DNA of 64,000 nucleotides. It comes from Faecalibacterium prausnitzii. GTDB taxonomy: Bacteria; Bacillota; Clostridia; Oscillospirales; Acutalibacteraceae. The notes below the pieces were generated by a model that saw only the letters and a list, made by a program, of their open reading frames with translations, made no database searches and had not been told where the DNA came from. A program made the translations under genes and the position numbers. This document shows positions 27,791 to 35,866 of the stretch, piece by piece; position 1 is the stretch's first letter; each line of letters starts with the position of its first letter. The DNA is taken from NCBI GenBank assembly GCA_963612725.1, contig CAVDWM010000005.1:16363-80362 (forward strand), written 5' to 3'.

Positions 27791-28297
27791 CTACTGCTTG
27801 CCCTGATTCGTTTTCTTTGCTTTTGTCGTCTGCTTTTCGGCGGTCTTTCGTCCGCCGGACAGTGTCTTTGAAATATCCGCCACGGCTGCGCCCCCGAAAA
27901 CGAGGGACGCAACGGAAAGGATAAATCCGAAAGTGTTCGTGCTCGACAGCTTATAGTCACCCTTTGCGGTTCTGTACACCTCGACCGAAACGGTCTCGCC
28001 GCTATATGTTTTGGTGCCGAAGGTTTTCTTGCCGGTGTACGTCTTGCCGTCAACGGTGAAGCTCAGCGTCGCCTTCCACTTTTCGTCCGTTATATCGCCG
28101 TCATCGTCCTTCCTGTAGCTGTGCTCCACACGAGTGACCACGGCATCGACGACGCGCACGTCGGAGGACTTTCTGTATGCCCGTCCGCCCGTCAGGGTCG
28201 TGAAAAGCCCGTACAGTCCGAGGAGTATAAAAACCGCCGCGAAAACGATGGAAAATGTCAATGTTTTGCCTTTTTTGGTCTGGGGTGCTTTTTTCAT
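27791..28297 (-). CDS. DUF3592-like membrane protein (TM, beta-rich domain, TM), paralog A
   Basis: Topology and motifs ...TAVVT..(D/E)-rich..KxxAxLxFxVDGKTYxG...VxVEVYRTxKGxYKLS are shared with 30665..31159. Confidence 0.5.
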   Translation of the reverse strand: MKKAPQTKKGKTLTFSIVFAAVFILLGLYGLFTTLTGGRAYRKSSDVRVVDAVVTRVEHSYRKDDDGDITDEKWKATLSFTVDGKTYTGKKTFGTKTYSGETVSVEVYRTAKGDYKLSSTNTFGFILSVASLVFGGAAVADISKTLSGGRKTAEKQTTKAKKTNQGKQ

Positions 28298-28427
28298 AAG
28301 CTCTACCCTCCGTCAATCGAACCGTACCTTAAGGTCGGTCTATGTCCTCGGAGCTCCGCGCCGCAAGCCCATACGCATCTCCGTCGGTGAGGTCATGCGC
28401 TTGCTTTTGTGCGGAGCTCTGCCGTCG

Positions 28428-29333
28428 TCAGCCCTTCGGCGTTCCGCATCCCTCGCAGAAATTACCGTTGTTAACGGTTCCGCAATTCGGGCAGGTCCAC
28501 GATGCGGCAGCTGCCTGCTGAACCGGCTGCTGGGCATATCCGCCCTGCATAGGCTGTTGAGCATATCCTCCCTGCATGGGCTGCTGAGCGTAACCGCCCT
28601 GCATGGGCTGCTGAGCATAACCGCCTTGCATGGGTTGCTGAGCGTACCCGCCCTGCATGGGCTGCTGAGCGTAACCGCCCTGCATGGGCTGCTGAGCATA
28701 ACCGCCCTGCATGGGCTGACCGAAGCCGCCCGCGGACGCGCCGCGGCGCAGAAGCGCATTCGTTATCTCGTTCGCCTGACGCTCATACTCTCTGTAAAGA
28801 TCGGTGAACTGGCTCTCGGGTCTGTTGTTCTCACTGAGCTCGAACTCTATTTCGGAGAACCACGGAGAGTTGACCTGTATCTCAATCTTGAACTCATATT
28901 CGCACTCATAGCGCGGGGGCGAATAGCTCTCGCGTTTGCCGTCCTGAGTTTCGAGGAATATCTCGTCCTTATGCTCCTCTATATCGGCTCTGCAAGAGGT
29001 GACCTGCGAAAGGTCGATGAGATCCGGGTTGGCTCTGCGCCAGTCCGAGGCGCGGGTGACGATAAACTTGCCCGCGTTCATGTCGATGTAAATTTTCGTG
29101 CGGTCGCCGTAAATGAGAGAGGGATTGAAGGACGAGAGTTTTTTCTCGTTCTCCTCACGGTAGGCAAGCTGCTGCTTTATCTCCTCCACGGTCGAGCGGC
29201 GGCGGTCGCTGAAGAACGGCGAAAGCTTCGAGGCGCACTCCTTGCAGAGATTTCCGTCCTCCAGCTTGCGGTTTCCGAGAAGGCCTATCTTCTCGCCGCA
29301 AACATCACAGTATTTTTTGTCAAAAAGTCCCAT
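28428..29333 (-). CDS. DUF4428-like zinc-ribbon protein with (GGYAQQPMQ)x8 repeat and C-terminal WxCxxCG zinc ribbon
   Basis: N-terminus MGLFDKKYCDVCGEKIGLLGNRKLEDGNLCKECASKL. Eight tandem 9-aa repeats. C-terminus WTCPNCGTVNNGNFCEGCG. AAGGAGGG RBS. Confidence 0.55.
   Translation of the reverse strand: MGLFDKKYCDVCGEKIGLLGNRKLEDGNLCKECASKLSPFFSDRRRSTVEEIKQQLAYREENEKKLSSFNPSLIYGDRTKIYIDMNAGKFIVTRASDWRRANPDLIDLSQVTSCRADIEEHKDEIFLETQDGKRESYSPPRYECEYEFKIEIQVNSPWFSEIEFELSENNRPESQFTDLYREYERQANEITNALLRRGASAGGFGQPMQGGYAQQPMQGGYAQQPMQGGYAQQPMQGGYAQQPMQGGYAQQPMQGGYAQQPMQGGYAQQPVQQAAAASWTCPNCGTVNNGNFCEGCGTPKG
28525..28725. repeat. Tandem 27-bp repeat (about 7-8 copies; consensus ctgcatgggctgctgagcgtaaccgcc on the + strand), coding
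   Basis: Read directly. It encodes the GGYAQQPMQ repeats on the minus strand. Confidence 0.85.
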
Positions 29334-29347
29334 TAAAGACCCTCCTT

Positions 29348-30652
29348 TTATTTTTCGGTCGCTTTTACGACCCATTTTGCATTGTCAGTCTGTAAACCGT
29401 AGCCGCAGAACGAACAGCAGCCGTGTTCGTCCGGAATAAAATTCGCGCCGCAGGACGGGCAGTCTCTTTCAGTAAAGAGCTCGCCCTTGCCCTTTCTTCT
29501 TTGGGGATATCTCGCCCTTTGCAAAACAAGCGTCTTTGTGAATTTTTTCGTGTACGGTTTTTTGTTTTTCGGAAGATAAATCTCGCGTCCGTAGATTTGA
29601 GCGGTTATCTCGGTCGTTTTCTCCGTATTGACGACCTTTTTCAAAATGACTGTGCCGATGCTGTGATCCATCAGATCGGCATTTTTTATTTCCTTGTACA
29701 GTGCCTCGTCGATGCATGAGCGCAGGTAGTTCTCGGAATACCTGACTATTTCACCCGCCGGCTTTTCCCGTTTTGTTTTTCTGTGAATCAAAAGCGCAAC
29801 GGTAGTTGCCAGAACGAAAGCCGCCGCCCCGACCCCTGCCGCCAGAGACACCTCCGTATCCTTGATGAGCCAGAGGCACAGGAACACGCAGACAAAAAGG
29901 ACAAGCGACGACGCAAGCAGCTGCAAGGCTCTTCGCTGATTCGTCCCGAGCTCCTCGTATATCTCGAAAGCTTCGGTCTGCCAGTCGTAAAAATCGCTGT
30001 GAATCATTCCGCCGCAGTACGGGCAGACCGCCTGCTGACTGTCAAGCCCGATCTGTGCGCCGCAGGACGGGCAGCTTATCTCCGACCGGTCGTCATAGTA
30101 GCTTTTCTTTTTCTCCGTCCTGTCGGAGGTGCGAATATGCCTTGACTCAAGGAGCCTGACATAGGCATTTTTGCGATACAGCTCGTATACGGGCTTGCCG
30201 TCCCGCTTGGACACGAGGCGCTCCAGTACACTGCACCGCAAAACAGCCTCGCGCCATTCCCGACCGTCGTCGCTCCACCTTTTGAAGTCGTTCTTCGGCA
30301 GCGGAACAACATCCGCCAATCGGATATCGCGGAAAAGCCCTCTTTGCGCAAGCAGGTCAAGCTGCCGCTCGGTATTTTTGCGGAACACCATATCCATTCT
30401 CGCAGGGAGCAGCTCCTTATCCGCCTTGCTCAGCGGACGGAGAGCTTTCTCAAGGGCTTCTCTGACATCGCCGTGAAGACCCATTCCCTGCAGCGGTGTC
30501 TCGCGCTCGGCAAGCAGCCTTTTCATTTTCGCTTTTTTCATATTCTGCGGCAGGAGACCGGAAATATCGATATCGATAATCTTTTCGCCGACAAAATATG
30601 CGCAGAGCACAGTGACCGCCGCCGCTATAAGCAACGCATCCGTTAAGCTCAT
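29348..30652 (-). CDS. Zinc-ribbon/TM protein (434 aa) with two CPSCG-type ribbon pairs
   Basis: CPSCGAQIG...CPYCGG and CPSCGANF...CSFCGY, an N-terminal TM and two central TM helices. Confidence 0.5.
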   Translation of the reverse strand: MSLTDALLIAAAVTVLCAYFVGEKIIDIDISGLLPQNMKKAKMKRLLAERETPLQGMGLHGDVREALEKALRPLSKADKELLPARMDMVFRKNTERQLDLLAQRGLFRDIRLADVVPLPKNDFKRWSDDGREWREAVLRCSVLERLVSKRDGKPVYELYRKNAYVRLLESRHIRTSDRTEKKKSYYDDRSEISCPSCGAQIGLDSQQAVCPYCGGMIHSDFYDWQTEAFEIYEELGTNQRRALQLLASSLVLFVCVFLCLWLIKDTEVSLAAGVGAAAFVLATTVALLIHRKTKREKPAGEIVRYSENYLRSCIDEALYKEIKNADLMDHSIGTVILKKVVNTEKTTEITAQIYGREIYLPKNKKPYTKKFTKTLVLQRARYPQRRKGKGELFTERDCPSCGANFIPDEHGCCSFCGYGLQTDNAKWVVKATEK

Positions 30653-30664
30653 CGGAATACCCCT

Positions 30665-31159
30665 TTATTCTTTCGCCTCGGCCTTTTTGCCCTTTGCCGC
30701 CTTTTTATCCGAATTATCGGTAAATATGGAGTACGCCATTGCCACGGTAAGGAAGCCGCCGACGGGAATCGCTATGCAGTAAACGAGAAAGACGACGGGG
30801 TTTCTGTCCGGACTGAGCTTATATGTGCCCTTCGATGTCCGATAAACCTCGACCGTGACCTTATCTCCCTTGCTTATTTTTCGGTAGTAGGTCTCGGTCC
30901 CCTTATAGGTCTTCCCGTCAACGTCAAAGGCGAGCTTTGCCCTGTACTTGTAATCGCCGTAATCCTCATCGTCGCCGATATCCTTATAATCCGTGACGAC
31001 CGCCGTGACCTTGCGGATATCCTCGGAGTTCTTGTACTCCCGACTTGCGACCCTGCTGAAAACAACGCCGCAGATACCCGCCGCAAGCACGGCGACGGCA
31101 AAAAGCAATGCCGCAACGGAATATAATTTGTTCTTTATTTTACTCGTATCCTTGCTCAT
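30665..31159 (-). CDS. DUF3592-like membrane protein, paralog B
   Basis: Start at MSKDTSK (GGAGGAG RBS). Conserved ...VTAVVTDYKDIGDDEDYGDYKYRAKLAFDVDGKTYKGTETYYRKISKGDKVTVEVYRTSKGTYKLS. Confidence 0.5.
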   Translation of the reverse strand: MSKDTSKIKNKLYSVAALLFAVAVLAAGICGVVFSRVASREYKNSEDIRKVTAVVTDYKDIGDDEDYGDYKYRAKLAFDVDGKTYKGTETYYRKISKGDKVTVEVYRTSKGTYKLSPDRNPVVFLVYCIAIPVGGFLTVAMAYSIFTDNSDKKAAKGKKAEAKE

Positions 31160-31292
31160 AACGGCTCCTCCGATAAGGCTCAGGGATGAAGAGGCGGGCT
31201 CTGTCATATACGGCTGCATTTAAAAGCCGTATCGGTATTGTGCCAAAACAAAATTGACTGTACCGAAAACTGTTTTTATATTTTTCGCGAGA

Positions 31293-32708
31293 TCACTGCT
31301 TGTCGTTCTCGTCAAACAGGTCGCCGCATTCGGGGCAGAATTTCGGAGGATTCGCCGGATCTGCAGGCTCCCAGCCGCACTTGTCGCAGCGATAGAGCGG
31401 TGCGCCCGCAGGCTTTTGAGCACCGCAGTTCTGGCAGAACTTGCCCTTGTTCACCGTGCCGCACGAGCATCTCCAGCCCTCCGCGTCAGCGGGCTTGGGT
31501 GCGCCGCACTCGGGGCAGAACTTGCCGGTCGCAGTCGCGCCGCAGGAGCATTTCCAGCCGTCCGCCGGCTGGGGCTCCGGCTTCTTTGCGCCGCAGTTCG
31601 GGCAGAATTTTCCGTTCACGGTCGCGCCGCACGAGCATTTCCAGCCGTCCGCCGCAGGTGCCGCAGGTGCGCTTTGCTGCGCCTGAGCCTGCTGTTGCTG
31701 CTGACCCATGGCAAAGAGGTTCTGCGCGTTCATTCCGCCGCCGGCATTCATAGCCATGCCCATGCCCAAAAAGCCTGTCATTGCGCCAGCCTGATTGCCT
31801 GCCGCAGTCTTCATCGCGTCAGCCTGAGCGCCGACGAGGGTCGCCGCCGCCATGGTGGGATCGCGCATGATAGCGGAACGCTGCGCCTGCTTGATGAGCT
31901 CCGCATCCTCATCGGGAAGCGTGACGGAGCCGAGGGCTATGGTGATGACCTTGATTCCGCGCAGCTCGCCCCACTTTGCGGAGAGGGCGGTATTCATTGC
32001 CGCTTCAAGCTCGGTGTTGTGAGCCACTATCTGATTGGGGCGAAGCTCGAGATCCGAGAGCTGGGCAAATGCGGGCTGAAGTGCGCTGATGAACTCCGTC
32101 TTGAGCTGGTTGTCTATTTCCTCACGGGTATAATCCTGCTCGACATTGCCGCAGACATTGGTGTAGAAGAGCATGGGGTCGTCTATCTTGTAGGAATAGA
32201 CGCCGGAGCAGCGAACCGCGACATCGATATCCAGCCCTATCTTTGAATCGACAACGCGGAAGGGGATGGGATTCGGAGTGCCGAATTTGTTATCCATTAT
32301 CTCCTTGGTGTTGAAATAATAGACGCGCTGATCCTTTCCCGTATCTCCGCCGTAAGCGAAACGCTTGCCGATGGTCTTGAAGGTTTGCTTTATGCTGTCG
32401 CCGAGAGAGCCCGAGAAAATCGAGGGCTCGGTGGAAGCGTCGTATGTAAACTCTCCGGGCTCCGCACAGAACTCAACGACCTTGCCCTGCTCGACTATCA
32501 TCATGCACTGACCGTCCGCAACGGCTATTCCCGAGCCGTTTGAGATGATATTGTCGCTGCCCTTCGTGTTCGACGATCTGTCGCCGACACGCTTTTGTCC
32601 CTTTGTAACAAGCAGCTCCTTCGGCATTGCCTCACAATAGAAAAATTCTTTCCACTGATCGGCAAGAACGCCGCCGACCGCTCCGATACCGGCTTTAATA
32701 AGTCCCAT
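31293..32708 (-). CDS. SPFH/band-7 domain protein (YdjI-like 'virion core protein-like') with three C-terminal zinc-ribbon repeats
   Basis: N-terminus MGLIKAGIGAVGGVLADQWKEFFYCEA, typical of the YdjI-like SPFH family. Met/Gly/Gln-rich linker. 3x (DGWKCSCGATVNGKFCPNCGA) plus a fourth CDKCG..CPECG ribbon. Confidence 0.6.
   Translation of the reverse strand: MGLIKAGIGAVGGVLADQWKEFFYCEAMPKELLVTKGQKRVGDRSSNTKGSDNIISNGSGIAVADGQCMMIVEQGKVVEFCAEPGEFTYDASTEPSIFSGSLGDSIKQTFKTIGKRFAYGGDTGKDQRVYYFNTKEIMDNKFGTPNPIPFRVVDSKIGLDIDVAVRCSGVYSYKIDDPMLFYTNVCGNVEQDYTREEIDNQLKTEFISALQPAFAQLSDLELRPNQIVAHNTELEAAMNTALSAKWGELRGIKVITIALGSVTLPDEDAELIKQAQRSAIMRDPTMAAATLVGAQADAMKTAAGNQAGAMTGFLGMGMAMNAGGGMNAQNLFAMGQQQQQAQAQQSAPAAPAADGWKCSCGATVNGKFCPNCGAKKPEPQPADGWKCSCGATATGKFCPECGAPKPADAEGWRCSCGTVNKGKFCQNCGAQKPAGAPLYRCDKCGWEPADPANPPKFCPECGDLFDENDKQ
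31418..31650. repeat. Three tandem copies of a repeat of about 78 bp, coding (zinc-ribbon modules)
   Basis: Read directly: repeated ...gcaccgcagttctggcagaacttgcc...gagcatctccagcc... units. Confidence 0.7.
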
Positions 32709-32773
32709 AGATAAAAACTCCTTTGCAAATAATATTTTAAAAATTACAAGGGTCGCGCCCTTTTTTCGACAAT

Positions 32774-33319
32774 TTATCCTTTCATCTGCTCCGTCTGAGC
32801 CGTCTGACCCGCAAGAACGAAATCGGTCTTTCCGTCCCGACCGTCATAGGTGAGCGTCCGGCTTGCCTTCATATCGCCTTTTTGAGCCTCTATCACGGCG
32901 GGCGGAACAGTCTCGGCGAGATAGCCGTCAAACTCATAGACCTCGCCCTTTTTGACCTTCACCGTGAACAGCACTCCGTCCGTCACAAGCTCCCCGCTCT
33001 GCTCGTCATATCTGAGCTTAACGAGCGAAACGGTCACTCCGTCCGTATTCGATACAAATCGTATGCGGTCGTCAGAGCGTGTGCCTATGCCCGTTGTGAA
33101 CACACCCACGGGCTCCGAAAGCGACATAAAGGAGTCCGATTTCGGGTCGGTATACAGTGAAAGCTCAAACGCATCTCCCGCGCCGTCGCGCTCCGTCATC
33201 CGCTCCTCGGTCGTCTGCCCGCTCTGCGTTTTCGGGTCGAAGGTTCGCCCGCAGCCGGAGAGAACAATAAGCGCGGCGAGAGCTGCGACAACCGCTCCCA
33301 CGAAAGCTGTCTTCTTCAT
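32774..33319 (-). CDS. Lipoprotein, hypothetical
   Basis: MKKTAFVGAVVAALAALIVLSGCG signal/lipobox. Confidence 0.5.
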   Translation of the reverse strand: MKKTAFVGAVVAALAALIVLSGCGRTFDPKTQSGQTTEERMTERDGAGDAFELSLYTDPKSDSFMSLSEPVGVFTTGIGTRSDDRIRFVSNTDGVTVSLVKLRYDEQSGELVTDGVLFTVKVKKGEVYEFDGYLAETVPPAVIEAQKGDMKASRTLTYDGRDGKTDFVLAGQTAQTEQMKG

Positions 33320-33336
33320 TTCATCTACCCCCGTAA

Positions 33337-33813
33337 TTATGGCAGCTGCGTCCATGTGTCGGAAACTGCATCGTACTCATAGACGACCCTGTCAAGATAG
33401 TCAAAGCACAGATATATCTCCCTGACGAACTGACCGTCACGGCTCGTACCCAGGGCATAAACATTGCAGTACACCCCATCCTGAAGTGTCGTCTCGCCCG
33501 TGTCCATGACCGACATGCCCATGTCAAGATATCTGCCCGCTCCCGCACTGCACTCACGCAGCACCTGCGGAACCATTTCTATGGGTATGTCTGTCCTCTG
33601 ATTTGACGGAGCCTCTCCGCCCGCCGAAAATGTCTCAGACGCTTTCTCCGTCTCCCTCTGCGTCTCCCGCTCGGTCGTCTCGGGGTGCTCCTGCGTCGAA
33701 GAAACCCGAGTCTCTCCGTCCTTCACGCAGCCGCACAGCAGCAGAGTCGGCAGCAGCACGGCAAGCAGCACCGCCGCAGCCCTTCTCGTCACTCTCCTCA
33801 CGGCAAAAATCAT
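33337..33813 (-). CDS. Lipoprotein, hypothetical
   Basis: Signal peptide ...AAAVLLAVLLPTLLLCGC lipobox, then a TE-rich linker. Confidence 0.5.
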   Translation of the reverse strand: MIFAVRRVTRRAAAVLLAVLLPTLLLCGCVKDGETRVSSTQEHPETTERETQRETEKASETFSAGGEAPSNQRTDIPIEMVPQVLRECSAGAGRYLDMGMSVMDTGETTLQDGVYCNVYALGTSRDGQFVREIYLCFDYLDRVVYEYDAVSDTWTQLP

Positions 33814-34108
33814 CCTCCCTCTCACCGTTGACTTTCTTTATAAAATCCGATGTTGATGCGGAATAAGGATTGACGTTCCTTTTCGGTTCGTCCGATGTCC
33901 CCGAGCAGCGGCTCACCCAGCTGATGATAACCGTTCTGAGCAAAACGGCAGCCAGCCATACCGACAGGAGCAGCACGAACCACAGGACGGATATTTTAAA
34001 AACGAAGTGAGCCGCGAGTGCCGCCCACGCCGGAATCGACCAGCCGATGTCCAGCGCCAGATTCATCAGAAAGCAGAGCAAAAAACCCTTGCGGTCGCGC
34101 CTTCTCAT
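33635..34108 (-). CDS. Possible small 2-TM membrane protein (its 3' part overlaps the next lipoprotein gene in another frame)
   Basis: The ORF contains convincing TM helices (FLLCFLMNLALDIGWSIPAWAALAAHFVFKISVLWFVLLLSVWLAAVLL). The C-terminal 60 codons overlap 33337..33813, so its true end is uncertain. Confidence 0.25.
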   Translation of the reverse strand: MRRRDRKGFLLCFLMNLALDIGWSIPAWAALAAHFVFKISVLWFVLLLSVWLAAVLLRTVIISWVSRCSGTSDEPKRNVNPYSASTSDFIKKVNGEREDDFCREESDEKGCGGAACRAAADSAAVRLREGRRDSGFFDAGAPRDDRAGDAEGDGESV

Positions 34109-34266
34109 CGCACTCCCCCCTTTTACGGCATCCGTCTGATTATATGGTATCAAAAAATCAAAAGAAAAGCACTACCCGCCGTGAGTAGTTTTTCAGCAGA
34201 CAGGTGTTGCGTCTGATAGGATAAAGCATAACGGCGGCTGACGAAAAAATCGAAAGCCGCCGAAAA

Positions 34267-35760
34267 TTATTCAACTATAATGAGCCTGCGATCCGAGGGG
34301 ACGGTAACAAGCTCGATATCTCCCAAATTTTCCTCCAACACATCAAAGCAGGAGGTAGCCACGGTTTTGATTTTTCCGTTAAGCTCTATCTCCGCCCTGT
34401 CAACACCGAAGAACTCCTTCATATTCATCACATCATATTCCTGAAGTCCGACCGTTATGACCTGCCCCCGCTCTACCTCCCTGCCGTCGAGTTCGACCGA
34501 TATCAGCTCATGCCGCGAGCGGGAATAGACGACTCTGAAGCCGTGTGAAAGCTGATAAAACTCCGTTTTTCCGTTGAGTGCCTCGTCGCGCAGGATGCGC
34601 ATGAGCATCGCCCTGAGCTGCGCCCCCGTCACATATATGCGCTCTATCTCGTTTTTATACGGGAACATCTCGATAAGATCCTGGAGCGTGACAATAGGTC
34701 CGAGCTGCTCGTTTCTTATGCTGCCGGAGCCGAGGAGCATGATATCAAGCCCGAGCGCGTCCTTGAACACATCGCTGAATATGCGGCCCAGCTGCGTCTC
34801 ACGGTTGCGCTCGGGATGAAAATATTCCTCACGAAACCGCGTGACGACGCGGCTGTATTTCATATCCGTCTGGTTCTTGTATTTCTCAATGACGCTCTCA
34901 AGCTGGAGATCCCGCTCACAATTCTCCCCGTCTATCGGAACGAGCTGCCAGGTGTAGCTGTCGATACAGTTGTTGTCGGTATCGACAACAATGTCAAATC
35001 TGCCTATCTGCGCCGTGCCGTTGGCTGCCTGAACTATGGGTATTCCCTCGACCACCGCCGGCTCGCTGAGCAGAGTGTGGCTGTGTCCGCCGATTATAAT
35101 ATCGACTCCCCAGCGCGGGTCGAGCGCCCGCGCCAGCTCCTTGTCCGCGTCAAAGCCGATATGAGTCAGCAGAACCGTAAAATCAATGTCCACCGACTGA
35201 TAGCTGTTGCATATCTTGCCGACCTCGTTTGCCGCCTCATGAACATCGAGAAAAGAGCCGATAAGCTTGTCCTGCCTCGTCTGAGAGAGCACCTGCTCCG
35301 TTATCAGCCCGATGAACAGCACCTTCATGCCGTCCACCTCCAATATTTCATGGGACCTGAAAAGACGCGAGCCGTTATTGGTCAGATATATGTTGGCGTT
35401 GATTATGGGGAATTTGGCGCACCGCTCGATAAAAAGCAGGTGAGCTATACCGTAATCTATCTCGTGATTGCCGAGGGTAACAACATCGGGCGCAAGAATG
35501 TTCATAATCTCGATAGTGGACAGACCCTTATATTCGCTGTCGATAAGCGAGCCGCGGAACATATCGCCCGAAATCGAATATATGACATTTTTCTCCTCGC
35601 GGCGAACCTTGTTCACATAGCCCGAGAGCATGGAGACTCCGCCTATCAGCCTGTCGTCGGCTTCCTTGGCCATAAAATCGCCGTGCATATCATTTGAATG
35701 AAGAAGAGTAAGTTTTTTCAGATGTTTCATTTTGACACACTCGCAAAAAAGGATTTTCAT
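34267..35760 (-). CDS. Bifunctional metallophosphatase/5'-nucleotidase family protein (no signal peptide)
   Basis: N-terminal LHSNDMHGD and GNHE motifs, plus a C-terminal 5'-nucleotidase substrate-binding domain. Confidence 0.75.
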   Translation of the reverse strand: MKILFCECVKMKHLKKLTLLHSNDMHGDFMAKEADDRLIGGVSMLSGYVNKVRREEKNVIYSISGDMFRGSLIDSEYKGLSTIEIMNILAPDVVTLGNHEIDYGIAHLLFIERCAKFPIINANIYLTNNGSRLFRSHEILEVDGMKVLFIGLITEQVLSQTRQDKLIGSFLDVHEAANEVGKICNSYQSVDIDFTVLLTHIGFDADKELARALDPRWGVDIIIGGHSHTLLSEPAVVEGIPIVQAANGTAQIGRFDIVVDTDNNCIDSYTWQLVPIDGENCERDLQLESVIEKYKNQTDMKYSRVVTRFREEYFHPERNRETQLGRIFSDVFKDALGLDIMLLGSGSIRNEQLGPIVTLQDLIEMFPYKNEIERIYVTGAQLRAMLMRILRDEALNGKTEFYQLSHGFRVVYSRSRHELISVELDGREVERGQVITVGLQEYDVMNMKEFFGVDRAEIELNGKIKTVATSCFDVLEENLGDIELVTVPSDRRLIIVE

Positions 35761-35866
35761 ACTCCGTGCCTGCTCCGACCGGTCAACTCGGCTCGTCTGT
35801 GTCGGATACCACTTTAATTATAGCAATATCCCTGCGTATGTGCCCTACCCCGAACGGGTAGTATTG

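Noticed and set aside
28525-28725. Tandem repeat array considered as a CRISPR array
   Set aside because: The repeats are directly adjacent with no spacers, are 27 bp (in-frame) and lie inside a CDS. It is a coding tandem repeat, not a CRISPR array.
28134-29336. 400-aa plus-strand ORF with LLSITALHGLLSV-type repeats
   Set aside because: It is the opposite-strand, out-of-frame reading of the 27-bp tandem repeat and the rest of the DUF4428-like gene. There is no RBS, and the minus-strand gene has clear domains.
31238-32246. Plus-strand ORFs of 171 and 330 aa
   Set aside because: Antisense to the SPFH gene. Their Arg/Ser-rich composition comes from the GC-rich repeat region.
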